Positions 45,401-60,260 of a stretch of 64,000 nucleotides of DNA are shown piece by piece. The translations under genes were made by a program, and so were the position numbers. The notes below the pieces were generated by a model. That model saw nothing but the letters and a program-made list of their open reading frames with translations, made no database searches and had not been told where the DNA came from. Origin of the DNA: the human T2T-CHM13v2.0 reference genome, Homo sapiens. Numbering within the stretch: the first letter of the stretch is position 1; every line of letters starts with the position of its first letter. Location of the stretch: the NCBI RefSeq assembly GCF_009914755.1, contig NC_060929.1; one strand, written 5' to 3'.

Positions 45401-47632
45401 TGAGATGGCATGTATGCCAGAGATACATGGCGGCGTGAGCCTCTCTGCCATGTCTTTCTTTCAATGCTTCAATTTCAAGGAGAAATTGTACTGACTCATA
45501 GGGGATGCATTTTCAAAACAAAACTTAGCTTGCCTGCTCCAATGACTTTAAACGAGAGCAAAGTGTGCTTCTCCAACAATGCTGGCATCTGTTCTAAGTG
45601 TGTGCCCACTATTTCTCTAAATTCATCTTCATGCTTACATCTCTCAAGGCAAAAGTCCCGTATCCACAAAGTATGTAGATAGTCCTGCTGTGGTTGAATA
45701 CCTAGATTCCTCGCTTTAGTACATTTCATCAGGAAAAGCTTATTTTTAGGGAACGAGACAAGGTTGTTAGACCTAAAGACTGACATCACAGGTCAACAAT
45801 TTGGGGGACAATTTGTCATCACATGTAATGGTATAAATAATTTGATCACTAAGACCATATATTTATACTATGATCTGGACTCACTGTCCACCCGAAGCGG
45901 CGAACAAGTGACTGTGTTCTAAACAGAAATTTGTCCCCTGGGTGCTTCAAATTGTCATAAATGAGAAATAATATGCAGGAGGCCTCGAGAGCTTGAAAAA
46001 CCGTGAACCACCAGTGGGCCCACCACAAGTTAATGCTAAGTTTTATCATGTTTGTCTTTTAAAATCCCATGTTTCTGAAAGGGGGAATTCTTACTAGTTT
46101 CCATCACACCATTCTCATTTGGTTTCAAGAACAAAGACTATTATGAAAGAGAAAACAAAATACAAAAACACAATTGTGACTGTTAATTACATACTTTAAT
46201 AACATAATTGTCACATTTTGACCAATACACTAAATGTCTATATACATGCATAAATTTCTTTGACAATACCCCTAGGTGGCAGGGTAATATTACAATACTT
46301 TAGTTTGGAAGACACTGGGTACCCTAACCTTGAGAGAAAGAGAAAGAGAATATGTGAAACAAATTTCCAGAATCCTTAATCTTAAATTTGGACATCTCCA
46401 AAAATAGGCAGCAAAAAAGAGGTTGGTAGTCGCTCATAGGCAGTTTTCATCACCAATACAGAACCATAGAATGTGCTTGAGTGTCCAAAATTGTGTTAAT
46501 AAGAACTTGTTTTTCTTTTATATTGAAGAAGTGGGAAGAAGTGTGGTCTCAAAGCCAATTTTCTCCATGAGGCATCAAAAAGTCATTTATTGGATTATAA
46601 GTTCTTTAGGAAATATTCTGTATCATTTGTTGAGACTGGTTAAATGAAACCCAACAGAACAACATCTAGGATGTAGGATATGACCATAGTTAAACGACTT
46701 TAAACTTTCCCAAAATACATTTATAGAACATATCATGAAACCACTATTTATTTATGATATGGGATGAATCCTCTTAAACTCTGCTTTTGTAAACCGGTAC
46801 AATCATTTGAAAAATCAACTCACACAAAGAAATTCAAGATATTTGGGAATTTGACATAGTGCTTACAATATATAAATTGATCCTGAGGAAATTATATTAA
46901 ATATAACAGCAACAATAACCCATGTTAGTGCTGATAGACATCTAAAATTATAGATGGTTTGTTAATGAAAATAACCACATGTGATAGAAGAGTACACAAA
47001 CATAAAAGTATGTTTAAAATAATAGTTAATAAACTGGGAAATAATAATTATAATATTAAGTGAAAATTTTGCACTCAAGTTGCAAAAATATCAAATAGGA
47101 AAATATATTGATAATAAAAGAACAAGCATGAAATATCCTAAAATATTTACAGGAGTTACTGCTAGGTAATAGAATTATGAATATTATTTTGTTAAACTGT
47201 TTCAATATTTTTAGATATTCTTCAGTAAGCTCATATTGCTTATATAATAATACAAATATATTCGTTCATGTAGTCCTTTGTTTTATGTCCAAAATCAAAA
47301 TGCACTTATATGGATAATAAGAAACATATGTATATGGACATATGTATGTATGTATTAGGAGTAAGAGCATTTCTGGTTACTTCTATGCCAGTATTCGGGC
47401 TAAAGCAGATCATTTAACTTGTCTAGCCTGTTTTTTATTTGTTTGTTTTTTATTTGTTAGTTTTTATTTTAAGAAAAAACTAACTAGAATGAAGATAAGA
47501 CAAGATGATCCTTAAGAATTTAAAATTAAAAATGTAGAGATTAACAGTAGGGTGCAATGTAAATCTATCATGAAAGTGGCAGCCTATAAAGTCTGAATCC
47601 CTATACATAGCACTCAAAGCTTCATATATGAG

Positions 47633-47906
47633 GGCTGAGCATGGTGGCTTACACTCATAATCCCAGCACTTTGGGAGGCTAAGGCAGACAGATCAACTGA
47701 AATCAAGAGTTCAAGAACAGCTTGGTCAACATGACAGAGCCCTATCTCTACTAAAAATACAAAAAAAGAAAAAACTAGCCATACCTGATGGGGGATGCCT
47801 GTAGAGTCCCAGCTACTCGGGAGACTGAGGCAGGAGAACTGCTTGAACCCAGGAGGCGGAGGTTGCCGTGAGTGACCGAGCAAAACTCTGTCAAAAAAAA
47901 AAAAAA
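47633..47906 (+). mobile_element. AluS with a ~30-bp deletion in the right arm
   Basis: ggctgagcatggtggc...gaggttgccgtgag/tgaccgagcaaaactctgtc plus poly(A); TSD cttcatatatgag (47620-47632 / 47907-47919). Confidence 0.95.
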
Positions 47907-48119
47907 CTTCATATATGAGGTGTTTCATGTGGGTACATATTTCTCACTTGCATTAACTCACTAAGCCACATACTCCTGGTTAAATATATTACGTGCACCA
48001 CAGTGACTATTCATGAACAAAAAATACATTTAAATTTTCATACATTTGTAAAATGTCATAAGCTATATTTTCCTTGCAGTGAGTGATACCTTTTTGATGT
48101 CATGTTTACTCATGTTTTA

Positions 48120-49300
48120 GGGAAGTATTTAATAAGTGCCCCCTATGTGACCATATTATGCTCAGTGTGGAAAATGTAACTGAGGAAATGTCAGATATGG
48201 CCCTGTCCTCAGGGAGCTTCCTCCCAATCACGGCGTAGAGGCAGCTAAAGGCTGTTGATGTACAGAGGCTCAGCAACTCTCTGGGCAGATGGAGGAGCAC
48301 CATATGCCTTTGTTGAGCAGATGGTGTCCATAATTAGGGATGAAAGATGGGTTGAGATTCTCCCTGTGAAGCTGGAGGAAATAATGCCACAAGCAGAGAA
48401 CAATGTGCAGGTGACCTTATGCGTGCAAGGGGAAGGCACTACACAGTCTTGGTTGCCTCGCCATCCTAGGAGGGTGACTAGGCTACCTTCTTCAGAGAGC
48501 TATATTGAGGATTAAATGGGATAATAGCAGAAAATCACCTTAAACGGTTCCTGGCACAAAGGGACATGCAGGCTATGTCAGTAATGCTAGCAAAGGAGAG
48601 GAAGACAAGAAGGAGGAGCCATGTAGAGGCACGTCAGCCCCAGCACATGACTTACTAAAGATGCTAGAATAAGTTACTGAACTGGAGCAAGACTGGAGGA
48701 AGGTGGGCTGGATAGGGGACACCTGCTGTAAGCTGGCGAGAGGCGATGGTGACCAGGCCAGTACTTTGCAAGTGGCTCCCAGGGTGGTGATGGCGAGAAG
48801 TGGGAAATCTAAGAAACGTGCAGAAAGCAAAGTCAGCAGCACTGTGGACTGATGGAATCTGTGGGGAGAGGAAGGAATCGATCCAGGATGGCTGCTACTT
48901 CTCTGGCTTGGGAAGCAGCCCTGAAACAATGGCAATGCAGTGAGACCCCAGGTAGAGGACTGTCGAGGAGGGCACAGCCTTTGTTCCGAATGTGGGATGT
49001 GTCAGTTTCCTAGGTCAGGCACCAGAGGGGACAGTCACCAGCCTGTTAGGTAAATGAGGAGGCATTTCAGGGGGAGACGGAGGTTTGAGGTGCATCATTA
49101 AGGAAAGGGAGATAAAGCCACAGGCATCCTTGAGAAAAACAGGAGTGACCCAGAATAAGATTTGAAGAACAAGAAACTTTGCGGGACAGGAGTCAGAGCT
49201 GCAGGCATGCACAGTGAGCAGGAGGTCACAGATGCTCAGGACTAAGTTGGGGCAGGCGAAGAGGCACAGAGAAAAGGGAAGAAAAGGTTAGAGGAAGAAA
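48120..49300 (-). mobile_element. L2 remnants, with a MIR piece near 48495-48570
   Basis: tatttaataagtgccccctatgtg...ggccctgtcctcagggagctt; purine-rich L2 antisense further right. Confidence 0.55.
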
Positions 49301-49899
49301 GAGGCCAGATGAGTTAGCTAATGAGTAGTCGTCCATGGATGACTCAAAAGGAGACTCTGATTGGACAATTTCACACACCGGTGGAGGCTGAGAGGAGAGT
49401 GGGAAATAAAGGCATTTCTAAGCTGTATCTAAACCCATGTCTAAGTCTAGGTCTGTGTCTATAACTAGATCACTGTCTATGTTTGATCTGTATTGATGTC
49501 AACTATATCGATGTCTTTATCTACATAAAAGGATGAAAATAGATTCCTAAAGGGTTTCTCACAGTAAATAAATGCTTCAGTCCAGATGACAGATGCAATG
49601 CCATCACTGATATTATTTCTACTTGTGTTTTTCTTCTGCCATTGATTCTATTTCCCTTTTCCTGTCCTCCGTTTCTAGTTTGGATTCAAACTTGTCCCCT
49701 AAGCCAGAGAATGGGGCTTCATGTTCCCCCCATTTCAGAACAGCTTCATTCCTGGCTCCATCCTCATTTCCTAACTTTATTCTTATCCTACTTAGAGTTT
49801 CTCAATTATTTGAAATATACTTTAACATGCAACATGAATGTATTTTTAAATCATCTTTCATAGACCTTTTAAAAGGAAGGACATATAACTAAAGGAGTT

Positions 49900-50250
49900 A
49901 GTAATATTAGTTGATCAGCTCAAAATGCCCAATGGGTCCAACACAATAAAAGCAGTTTATTTCTCTCTCAGATAAAATCCAAACCAGGCAATCCTAGCTG
50001 GCAGCAGGCTGTTCTCCAAGCAGCAATTCAGAGACTCTTCACCCTCAGCTTATGGGCTCCAAGCTTGTTGGGCTGTCCGTCCACAGAAGGAAAACCCCCC
50101 GAGGTCGCCTGTGCAAGGTTGTATGAGCCAGGTCTGGGTGCAGCAGGTGCAGCTTCCCCTCGCATCTCACCAGCTGGAACTCAGTCCAGAAGCCACATGG
50201 ATGCCAGGGCAGGCCAGCCATGGACCCAGGCAGGGAAGACAGGAGGCTGG
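49900..50250 (-). mobile_element. Old MaLR LTR fragment (MLT1J/K-like)
   Basis: gtttatttctctctca...gcagcaattcagagac. Confidence 0.4.
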
Positions 50251-51137
50251 TAGCAGCTGGTAGGGCCTCCAAGGGCTCTTCACTCTGCATTCTCAGCCGT
50301 AGCATCTCAATGTCCCTTCACCAAGAAGGTGATGCCATTGTAGACAGAGAGGAAAAGGGTCATGGAAATAGTTTCTTCCATCAAAGTTCTTCCTCAAAGC
50401 TTTTATTTTTTTCATTTTTCTTTTCTGATCCAACTGTAGCATTATTTTATCTCTGTTTCAGAGATGGGCACAATATTGCTCTCAACTTCAGCAATGCAGA
50501 ACATATTGACTCCTGGGTCCTGCTGATGGGGCTTGCTTCCTGGCTCCACTTCTTAAGTGGTATGACCATATTCGTTCCACTCAGCCTCAAGCCTTCCGTT
50601 GTGAATGAGAGACAGTGGCAGTACCTGGCTCATAAAACTGCAGTTCCACCGGAGAATCAGAAAGTTGAGGCTATGTCTGAGACCAGGCTAAAGATATTAG
50701 AAACCTTTCCTATTAAATTTAAACACTGAACAATGATATAATCAAAGCTTACACAATGACCAAGCCAAGAAGTAAAAGAATAAGGGAATGGTGAAGGCAA
50801 AGGCAGCCCTGGAGGTGGGAAAGACCTGTTTTCCACTAAATGAGGAGCAGCTCCCCCATGACAGCAGGCATTTGGGAGGTGAAACTCCATTCTCCCCAAG
50901 ACATGGTGAGGGCTCCAGACCTTCAGGACCAGCAAAGGCTGTGAGTGATTCATTCCGTAAATCCATGCATGACGGATTTAAAAAGGAATATTTTGGAGAC
51001 AAATGTTGAGATTATCTGAGCCCTTCATTCAACATTGCAATGCAATGTTTCAGAAGGTACACAGAGGCTGTTTACTGAGCAGAATGCCTGGAGAGCTGAA
51101 TGACCTTCAATTGCTATTTATTTATATATCATTTTTA

Positions 51138-51561
<424 letters not shown>

Positions 51562-51578
51562 TGATAGCAAGTCAGCCC

Positions 51579-51705
51579 ATATTTCTATACTTTCCTGAAA
51601 TGAAATTTAAAAGCCATGTTGTATGTATAAACATATGATGAAATATTGAAAATCATACCTGCTTCTTAGATGGGAAGATTCTATTTCATTAAGATGACAA
51701 GTCTT
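51579..51705 (+). repeat. Copy 2 of the 127-bp tandem duplication
   Basis: Shares gatgaaatattgaaaatcatacctgcttcttagatgggaag exactly with copy 1. Confidence 0.95.
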
Positions 51706-53500
51706 CCCAATTTAATTCATATATTCAATAGCATCTTAATAAAGTTCCACCAATATTTTAAAACACAACAGCAATTATTCTAAAGCTTATCCAGAAAATA
51801 AATATACAAAAATGGGAGTGGGAATTATGCAAGGAAGCATAAAGAGGACCATATAAATTAAGAAAACATAAAATGCACTTGAAAGGTAAATAATTCAAAT
51901 GGTAGGGTATGTTACAGGCCTAGCAATAGATGGGGGGATAAGAAGAAGAGAATTCAGAGTTTAAGCTTTATCCAGTTTTATATGCAAATCTCATATTTAA
52001 CAGAGATGTCCTTTCAACTCTGGGGAAAAGTTAGGTTTTCAGTAAATGATACTGAGTAAAAAATACTCAGCTGACTAGTATTTAAATTAAAAAAATAGAA
52101 ATCTTCTCATCCTCATGTGGAAAACAATTCATATGAAGACCCTTTGATGTGGTCTGGCTGTGTCCCCCCCAAAACTTCATCTTGAATTGTAGCTCCCATA
52201 ATCCCCACATGTTGTGGGAGGGACCCAGTGGGAGGTAATTGAATCATGGGGCAGGTCTTTTCCCTGCTGTTCTCTTGATAGTGAATAAGTCTCACGAGAT
52301 CTGATGGTTTTATAAAGGGCAGTTCCCCTACACAATCTCTATTGCCTGCAGCCATGTAAGATGTGACTCTGCTCCGCATTCGTCTTCTGCCATGATTGTG
52401 AGGCTCCCCCAGCCATGTGGAACTGTGAGTCCATTAAACCTCTTTTCTTTATAAATTACCCAGTCTTGGGTATGTCTTTATAAGCAGCATGAGAACAGAC
52501 TAATACACTCAAAAATTTTATGCTTTATGTTCTAAAACTGTGTGTTGTTCTGTGTTCTAAAAAAATGAGGACAAAAATTATGTTTGGGACATATATTAAT
52601 GTTTATAAAAATAGTGAAAAATTATGCTTTTGGAGTAGAGGTGGGTTATGTAGTAAAGACCCAGAATATCCCTCCTCCAAAAAAATAAATAAATTAAACC
52701 TGGAGAAAGACATAACACTTACCTTTTTACCTAAGGTAAAAGCAACCAAACAATAAAAGACAAGCAAATAATTGAAAAAAAATTGACACACAAAACAAAG
52801 ATTTACTCACTAGTTTCTAAATTATTCTTACAAGTCAACAAGGAGAATCCTACACATCAATAACATCAAAAGAAAATGAGTAGGCAGTTCACAAGAGGAA
52901 AAATAAATACACAAATTAGCCAGGCATTTATGAAAAGATGTTGGGCCTCACAGGCAATTAAACAAATGTAAATTAAAACAAGGAGGTAGGTTTTGCTTCT
53001 CATGTTGACAGAGGTTAAAAAACACCATGGTAATGTTAAAGATACATTTATTCATTCAACAGTATTTATAGAAAACCAGTGTATTCTGGGCAGGGCATAA
53101 GTCCTGGAGATACCTGTGTGCATTTATCAGAAATGAGTGTAGACACGTCTCTAACGGGGATCCAAATCCATATAGCTTTATGGAGCACAGTCTCAGAGAT
53201 ATGAAATGTGAAAAACCTAAGGCTGAAAAATTGTCCTTTGGGAAATGTATTGCAACAAAATATACACAAGAATGTCATCACAACATTAGTTAAAATATAA
53301 ACAATCATAGTCACAGTAAATATGCATTGATAAATGATTTGCTAATTAAATTAAATTAACACCCCAGAATGCAAACATATGTAGTCATTATAGTGAAGAG
53401 ATAATTTTTTAAAAATTATGAAAAGATATATATGATACATTATAAAATAAATGTATGTTAAACAAGCCCACAGGTGAACAATCCTCTTTGTAAGTATGTA
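51640..53500 (+). mobile_element. Ancient L1ME-like ORF2/3' remnants, interrupted by THE1
   Basis: ttagatgggaagattc...attcaatagcatc; taggcagttcacaag; tgaaaagatgtt...aaatgtaaattaaaacaa. Confidence 0.6.
52145..52507 (+). mobile_element. THE1 (THE1D/C) solo LTR
   Basis: TGATGTGGTCTGGCTGTGTCCCC...gggaggtaattgaatcatgggg...gtgagtccattaaacctc...gaacagactaatACA. Confidence 0.95.
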
Positions 53501-53938
53501 TGTGTATAGACTATGGGGTGTGGCAAGCACAAAACATTGAGAGTAGACACTTGAGAGAGATAAATTTTTGTTTTGCTTTTATTTTCTTCTTTACTTGTAT
53601 AAAATAAAAACAAAAATAAAAGCATGCTTTCCTACTTATAAAACTTATCTTACCTTGCTCATGGTAAAGTACAGTGAGAAGTGTTTCCAAAAACAGAAGT
53701 TTTATAAACAGGAAAAGCATGCTTTAACTTGGAAGAAACAAAATAAAAATAAAAAATACTTTTCCCTTTTAGTTGCCTAGCCTGGTGTCTATAAGCCCAT
53801 GGAGATGAGACGTCTGTGTGTAACACACACATTTGATTTTGCTGACGGTGACTGTGGGCCTGTAGCTGGTGCCCAAACAACCTCCTGGGACTGTGTGATT
53901 CTCACCTTTGTGAGGAGGGTGATATGTCCTCTGATTAA

Positions 53939-54367
<429 letters not shown>

Positions 54368-57300
54368 TGATGTAGAAGTTCAGAGGTAAAAGAGAAAACA
54401 TATCCACACCAGAGAGAAATCTTCAGTTCATCATGGCCTCTACATACTCCATGAGAACTAAGAGAGGTCTGATGCGTTCTAATCTGAGAATTTCATTCCA
54501 AGAACTGAAAACACGTATGGAAACAGCATGAGGAAAGGCTTCTGAGACTTGGGACCTCAGACGCATGGGACTTCAACATCCACAGCATTCAACTTTCGAT
54601 CGAAAACCTTTTTTAGCGAAAAAGTAGGAAAGTATCCTACATGCCATGATGTGTCTCCAAATGGGAATTTAGATATCTGGTCAAATTTAGGTACGTGTTT
54701 GAACTAAAAATCCTCCAGAAAACAGGGTGTGGTAGTGCCAAGCAATGCCGGGACTTTGGGGAGACTCTCAGGGCAGCTAGATAGTTTGCAATTACCTTTG
54801 AAATAATTAGAATTTTTGCTTTACCTTCGCATTTCTTTTACTGTAACATTTCAATAGATTATAAATTTGTTCAAGGTTGTAGTCAGGTTTACTTAACTAA
54901 CAGAGTGGTCTTTAGAACATAAAAAAATGTCTCAGGGGTCCCAACTTCAGTGCTAAAGAATTATTTGAAAACTAGCAAGGAGTATTCCTAAAAGGAAAAC
55001 AGCTCCCCAGAGCTACAGACCCACACTTAACATCCCTGTGCTCCTTGAAGGGACACATGGGCTCTAGCCCACAGCACAGTAGGGATTAATAGGATATTAA
55101 GTGTCCAGGCTCCCACCTCAGAGGGCTTGTGGTCAGGCTATTAATAGGCTTTAACCACATGGTTGAGGTTTATTTGGGGACCTGGTACTTATCTCTCTAT
55201 GCGCGTTACTTAACCTCTCTTCTCTTTTTGTCAATAGAACAATAGTAGCCATAATACAAATAAAGTAATATTAATTTTTATTAATAGTATGATTATTATA
55301 ATCATGATAGTATCTACATTGTGAGTCTGTGGTATAAGGGGTAGAGTAGACAATACATTTAATAAACTTAGGAAAGAGCCTGGCTTATTCAGGAAAAGTA
55401 AAATAAGTAACTATTATTGTAGGTGAAAGCAGTTGCTTAAAATGCCATTACAAGGTTCAAAAATAATTAGTAAAAACTTACTTTTAGACTGCCTCTCTCA
55501 AACAATCCAGGTCCTAGTCAAATGATCACGACCTTCCTAGTTGCAGTTTGTTTAACTTGTAGGTGTCATGTAAGGGGAAGATTAGCTGCAATCTAGCTGT
55601 AAATGGATAGAAAGTGACCTTTGCTGTATTTTTATGTCTTGTTTCAAAATGTTTTCCACTATTGAGTTTCGTGTTGAAGTTACATCCTCTCATGATGCCC
55701 CAAAACTTACTGAAAACTTGGGTGATAGGAATGGAAATTAAACGATCAAATCAGTTCAACCAGTAAAAAAAGTTTATGCAAAGCAGGACAAATGGCAGAT
55801 CACCAGACTGTCAATCATGACTTTTCCTTTGTCTTTAAAAAGCTTCTTCTATAAACAGTTTTCCTAAATGCTTTGATCACTTCATTTGGATAATGCCAAT
55901 AAAACCGTTAGCATTGACTGAGCATTACTAAACAGTAACACACGGTATTTATGTCACTCTTCACAAAATCGTGTGAGACTGATATATATTATAATCTCAA
56001 TAAATATCAAGGAACCAAGAACTAGAGAATTTAATTCCAAATTTTGTACATTCTACAGCTGATACCTAGGCTGCCTCGAAATACGTCACATCTCATTGTG
56101 TTGCTATATGACCGCTTTATGTTTTGACTTCGAATAAAAATTCTGAGGATTTTAATCTCAACCTAGTCATTGTCAATCATTTTCCCTTAAAATTTTATAC
56201 ATTTTGTTACTATCGCGTAGAAAGAGGAATTTTGTGGAAGTAAACAAATTGTCACTTTGAACCATAAGTATCTTGATTTTAAGAAAATTATTATTTAAAA
56301 GATACATTTTTAAATATTTCCAGATAGCTTTAGAAATGTATGACCAGATTACCTATGAAAATATGGTAATTACTTTAACCTAAGGAAAACTGTGTACTAA
56401 CCTACTGATTTGTCCTACACAAGTGATTATCAAGACGTGTTATTTTATCTATAAAGGAGGAAATCTCAGAATATCTTGATGATTTCTTAGTTCTGTTAAC
56501 CATATTTCATGCTGGAGAATATTTGGGCAGTCAGTGGATTGTAAATGCAGCTCTCAGATGAAGGTTTAAAGGAGTGTCATCCTTGCGGGTGTGGGATGGA
56601 AACAAGCAGAACTTATCATTTTGCTGGTTTGTTATATTTTAAAACAGGAATGCGCACCTTGGGTATGACTGTGAGCCTAATCTAACGTTATTCATCTCTG
56701 CATCCCTGCTGCTGTCTACGGCTGGTCGCTGGGACATGACCCGGGCTTCCCTTGCTGACACAGAGGATGGGCCTCCCCGGGACTTGGGGCACTGAGTGGT
56801 CTTGGCCTTGGTGATTGTGCTGGGGACAGAGGGCAGGGGTCCCCTCAACACTTCAATTTCACCCAACCGTGTGTCAATGAGCAGGAATTTCACACCCTCT
56901 TTTGAGAGGAAAAATAAAGCAGAACACTTCTAAAGCCACCCTGCATCCCCATGAGGCGTGATGGACCCTGACACAGCCCGGAGAAGGCCGGGCATTCGGC
57001 CGACTCCTTGTTATGGTGACCTTGAAAACACGATGGGAAATCTGGAGAGAAAAGCAATTTCATCTTTGAAATTACACACTGCTCTTCTCATTCATCTTGA
57101 TAAGCACTTTTAAGGAATAATAATAAAAAAAAGAGGTGGGAATATTGCTGCTATAAGGGCGGCGGAGGCCTCCCTTCTGTAGAGTCAGTCGTAAATTTAG
57201 ATGTTCAAAGAGGCATTTGATTTCTATTGTGAAGCTAAATTGGCCACTTTACAAGGTTGAAAAAAGAAAAAGAAAAAAAAACATAGAAGAAAATTTGTTT

Positions 57301-57417
57301 AAAACAAAATTATTTTGTATTCTATTTTTAAAATGTAAACATTCTGACTGTGATGTTTATTTAAATAGAAACCCTACCCTCTATTTTGTTCTTATACTTG
57401 CCATTGGGTTGATTTAC

Positions 57418-57443
57418 TGTGTGTGTGTTGTGTGTGTGTGTGT
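57418..57443. repeat. Imperfect (TG)n
   Basis: Direct reading. Confidence 0.8.
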
Positions 57444-60260
57444 GGTCTTTGCCCTGAGGGGAAAAGGAACCCTACCAACTCACCAGTGTAATTATCAACT
57501 CCTTGAACTCACATAGTTTGGGTCTGTCTCAAACACGCTCAAAATAATGCAACACCTTACACAAAATCTGCTCTCCCTGTAGTCTGGAATGTTTCACTGT
57601 TACAGGAATAACAGGTCCCTCTTTGGAATCCAGCGCTGATAATACTCTCTCCCTGTTATCATGATTCCTCACTGAGAAAGGAGGTGAGAGCTGTAGTTTT
57701 AAACCCAAGAGGAGGCCATAGCAGGCAGACACTACGAACAAAGGCATGAAGCAGGTTGTGTCCCAATTAGAAGAGAACAGGGCAAGCCCTGAACTCATGC
57801 TGAACACAGTGAAAAGTCTGCAGCCCACACCTGCCACCTCCTCTAACAAGAAAGAGAGCAGGGGCTATATCTGGAAGTTCCTGGCAGTTAACAGATAGAA
57901 GAAAAAACACAACTTCAAAAATCATCCCTTCTCTTTACTGAAGACCCCCTCAGGAGAACTCTTGGAAGGAATCCTGTGACCTGCCAGAGTGAGCAGTCAG
58001 TCAGCAACCTGGGGTAAGACCTCCCCAATACAGTGTGCTGTGCCGTTCCGTGCACCACATCCGATCTTGAAAAGACCAGAACAGGCTCGGTGACAGCTGC
58101 CTGTGAGTGATAGTGATAAGGAACAAAATGCCTAATGGGCACTGGAGTCTTCCCACCTCACGCAGAAAAGCCAGGAAGACAGTGGAATCTCCTGTGATTG
58201 TCTCCGGGTACCTCTGGAGCAGCGCCTGGCATGCAGGGCTGGACGGCAACCCTCCACTGCCACGTGCACTCCAGGGGCGCCTTTGCGCACTTCAGCTTGC
58301 TACACAGATAATTTCTCATGCCATGGCTGGGAGAGAGAGAAGGCAGTTGTGCCACCAAAGCCTGCAGATCATATCACAGATGACATCCTCCCTGACTCAA
58401 CGCTGTGCCGAGGAGTCTGAAGCTCCCATCTGCAGAGGGTGTCCCCCTGAGCATGGAGAGCATTCAGTGAGGTTTTCACTGATACTGATGCTGGGTTCTC
58501 CTTCTGCCAACCACAAGCTTTGAGATTTGGGGTCAATTATGTCTTCTTTATAATGGGGATAAAAACAATATATAACCACACAAGGCCCTGTAGGTGTGAA
58601 TTGCTTGGAGCACATGTGTGATGCAGATTCCTACTAAGAGTGTCTATTTTCCTATAGACATGTACTACCTGGAGAAGATGCCTTGCACGAGAAGATTTCT
58701 CCTACTTTCCTCATCTTCTTACACTCAGTAATGATGGTAACACTGAAGAAAGATACGATCATAAGAATAACTACAATTGAGATGTGATTAACTCATTGCA
58801 TTATTTATTTTGTCCTGGCTCCAGAGCAGTTTTTGAGATCAACTTTCTCAAACAGCACCATTTACATGCTCCTCCAACCTCATCAGTAACATTCATGACA
58901 CTGTAATGGCGTGCATGTGTATTGTGCTTACGTACTGACACAAACCCAGCCAACAGGTTATGGATCCATACTCCAAAATAGTGAGATGAATTTAATCAGC
59001 TCTTGTATTTAATTTTCCTTTGCCCGCTTAAGGGACTTTAGATTTGAACTGAGAAGGAGAAAGTTGGCTGGAATTCATCTATGGAGAACTGATATTCTTC
59101 AGAAGCACAATAAGATGGAATTAAGGACCGGCTTGTGTGAGGATGTAGCTGATGAAATAAGAAACAGTGTAGCCTTTGGCCGCTTCCCAGACTACTATGG
59201 GAATTTCCCAATTGCTTTGTCTGGGATTAGTTTTGACATCTCCAAATTTCCAAGCAAATCTCTCACAGGAGAAAAGAATAAATGCTGTTTATTGTTGAGG
59301 GGAAATTTAGCTCCTCTTTGAAGGTAATTATTCTTTTCAAAAGATAAGGATCTCCCCTCTCCTTTAAAATCACTGAAAACCCCTTGCAGGGTCTCCAGAA
59401 GTGTGTGGTTTACTGCATGGCAGACACCCACTGATGACTCATTTATTTCTCAATTAAGTCTTAAACATGAAGGGCAGATTCTTTCACTCCTAGAATCTGG
59501 GAGCTGGGGAGAGAAGCACTTCATTAGTTGAATGAAGAGATAATCTGTAGATAGAATTTGAGAGATTAGGAAAAGAAGCTGACTTCTGGGTAATAACGCA
59601 TTAATTTAATATGACCAGAGCATGTTTAATACCCAAGGAGATATTTTCAGTAATATTTTAAAAACTAAGTTCTTCATTTGATTTATTCATCCGGTAATTC
59701 ACCCTTGATGAAGGATTACGGTAGAACAGTATTGAGTTCTTGATTTCAAATAAAACTGGGTGAATGTGCAAAAGGTGTGCAGAAGGCAGGATTCATTACT
59801 GAAGCTTTGATCTTGTGTGGTATGATTCTGGTGCCAACAATACAGACTCAGACTGAAGGTAGAGCATGGATGTTGATATGGCACAGTGGTGACTTGGGAA
59901 GATGCACTATGGCAAGGAATAGACGTCCACGTAGTATTCTTGCAGCATTCTAGGCACTAGAGATATGTGGGAAATGGGCAGTGTGAGCATGTGCTGCCAC
60001 TGATGGTGAGGGAGGGGTTCCTGAGGGTGAGGGGCTCTGTGTGAAGGCCGCACAGACTCTTCCATTGCACACAAAGAATTTCTCATCTCTTGAAGGGAAT
60101 GGACAGAAAATGCTAAAGACTAAGTCTGTGACACAGTAGCTGACTTTCAAAAAAATGTAAACACCCAACCAAAGCAGGTCTGTTCTGCCAAGATCTGGAC
60201 CTTGGTTGGGAAAGTCTGGGATGCTGCCTGTGGGCTAAATGCATCTTGGAGAATGCTCCC

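Noticed and set aside
49420-49530. Hexamer periodicity (TCTATA-like), also at 35058-35115 and 19180-19262
   Set aside because: Ordinary decayed microsatellites.
50220-50729. 169-aa ATG-initiated ORF with a hydrophobic stretch
   Set aside because: Overlaps LTR/MIR relics, the hydrophobicity comes from T-rich DNA, and no domain is recognisable.
52140-52512. TSD for the THE1 LTR (also for the LTRs at 60798 and 62711)
   Set aside because: Flanks do not match (ccctt versus ctcaa for THE1), so no TSD is claimed.
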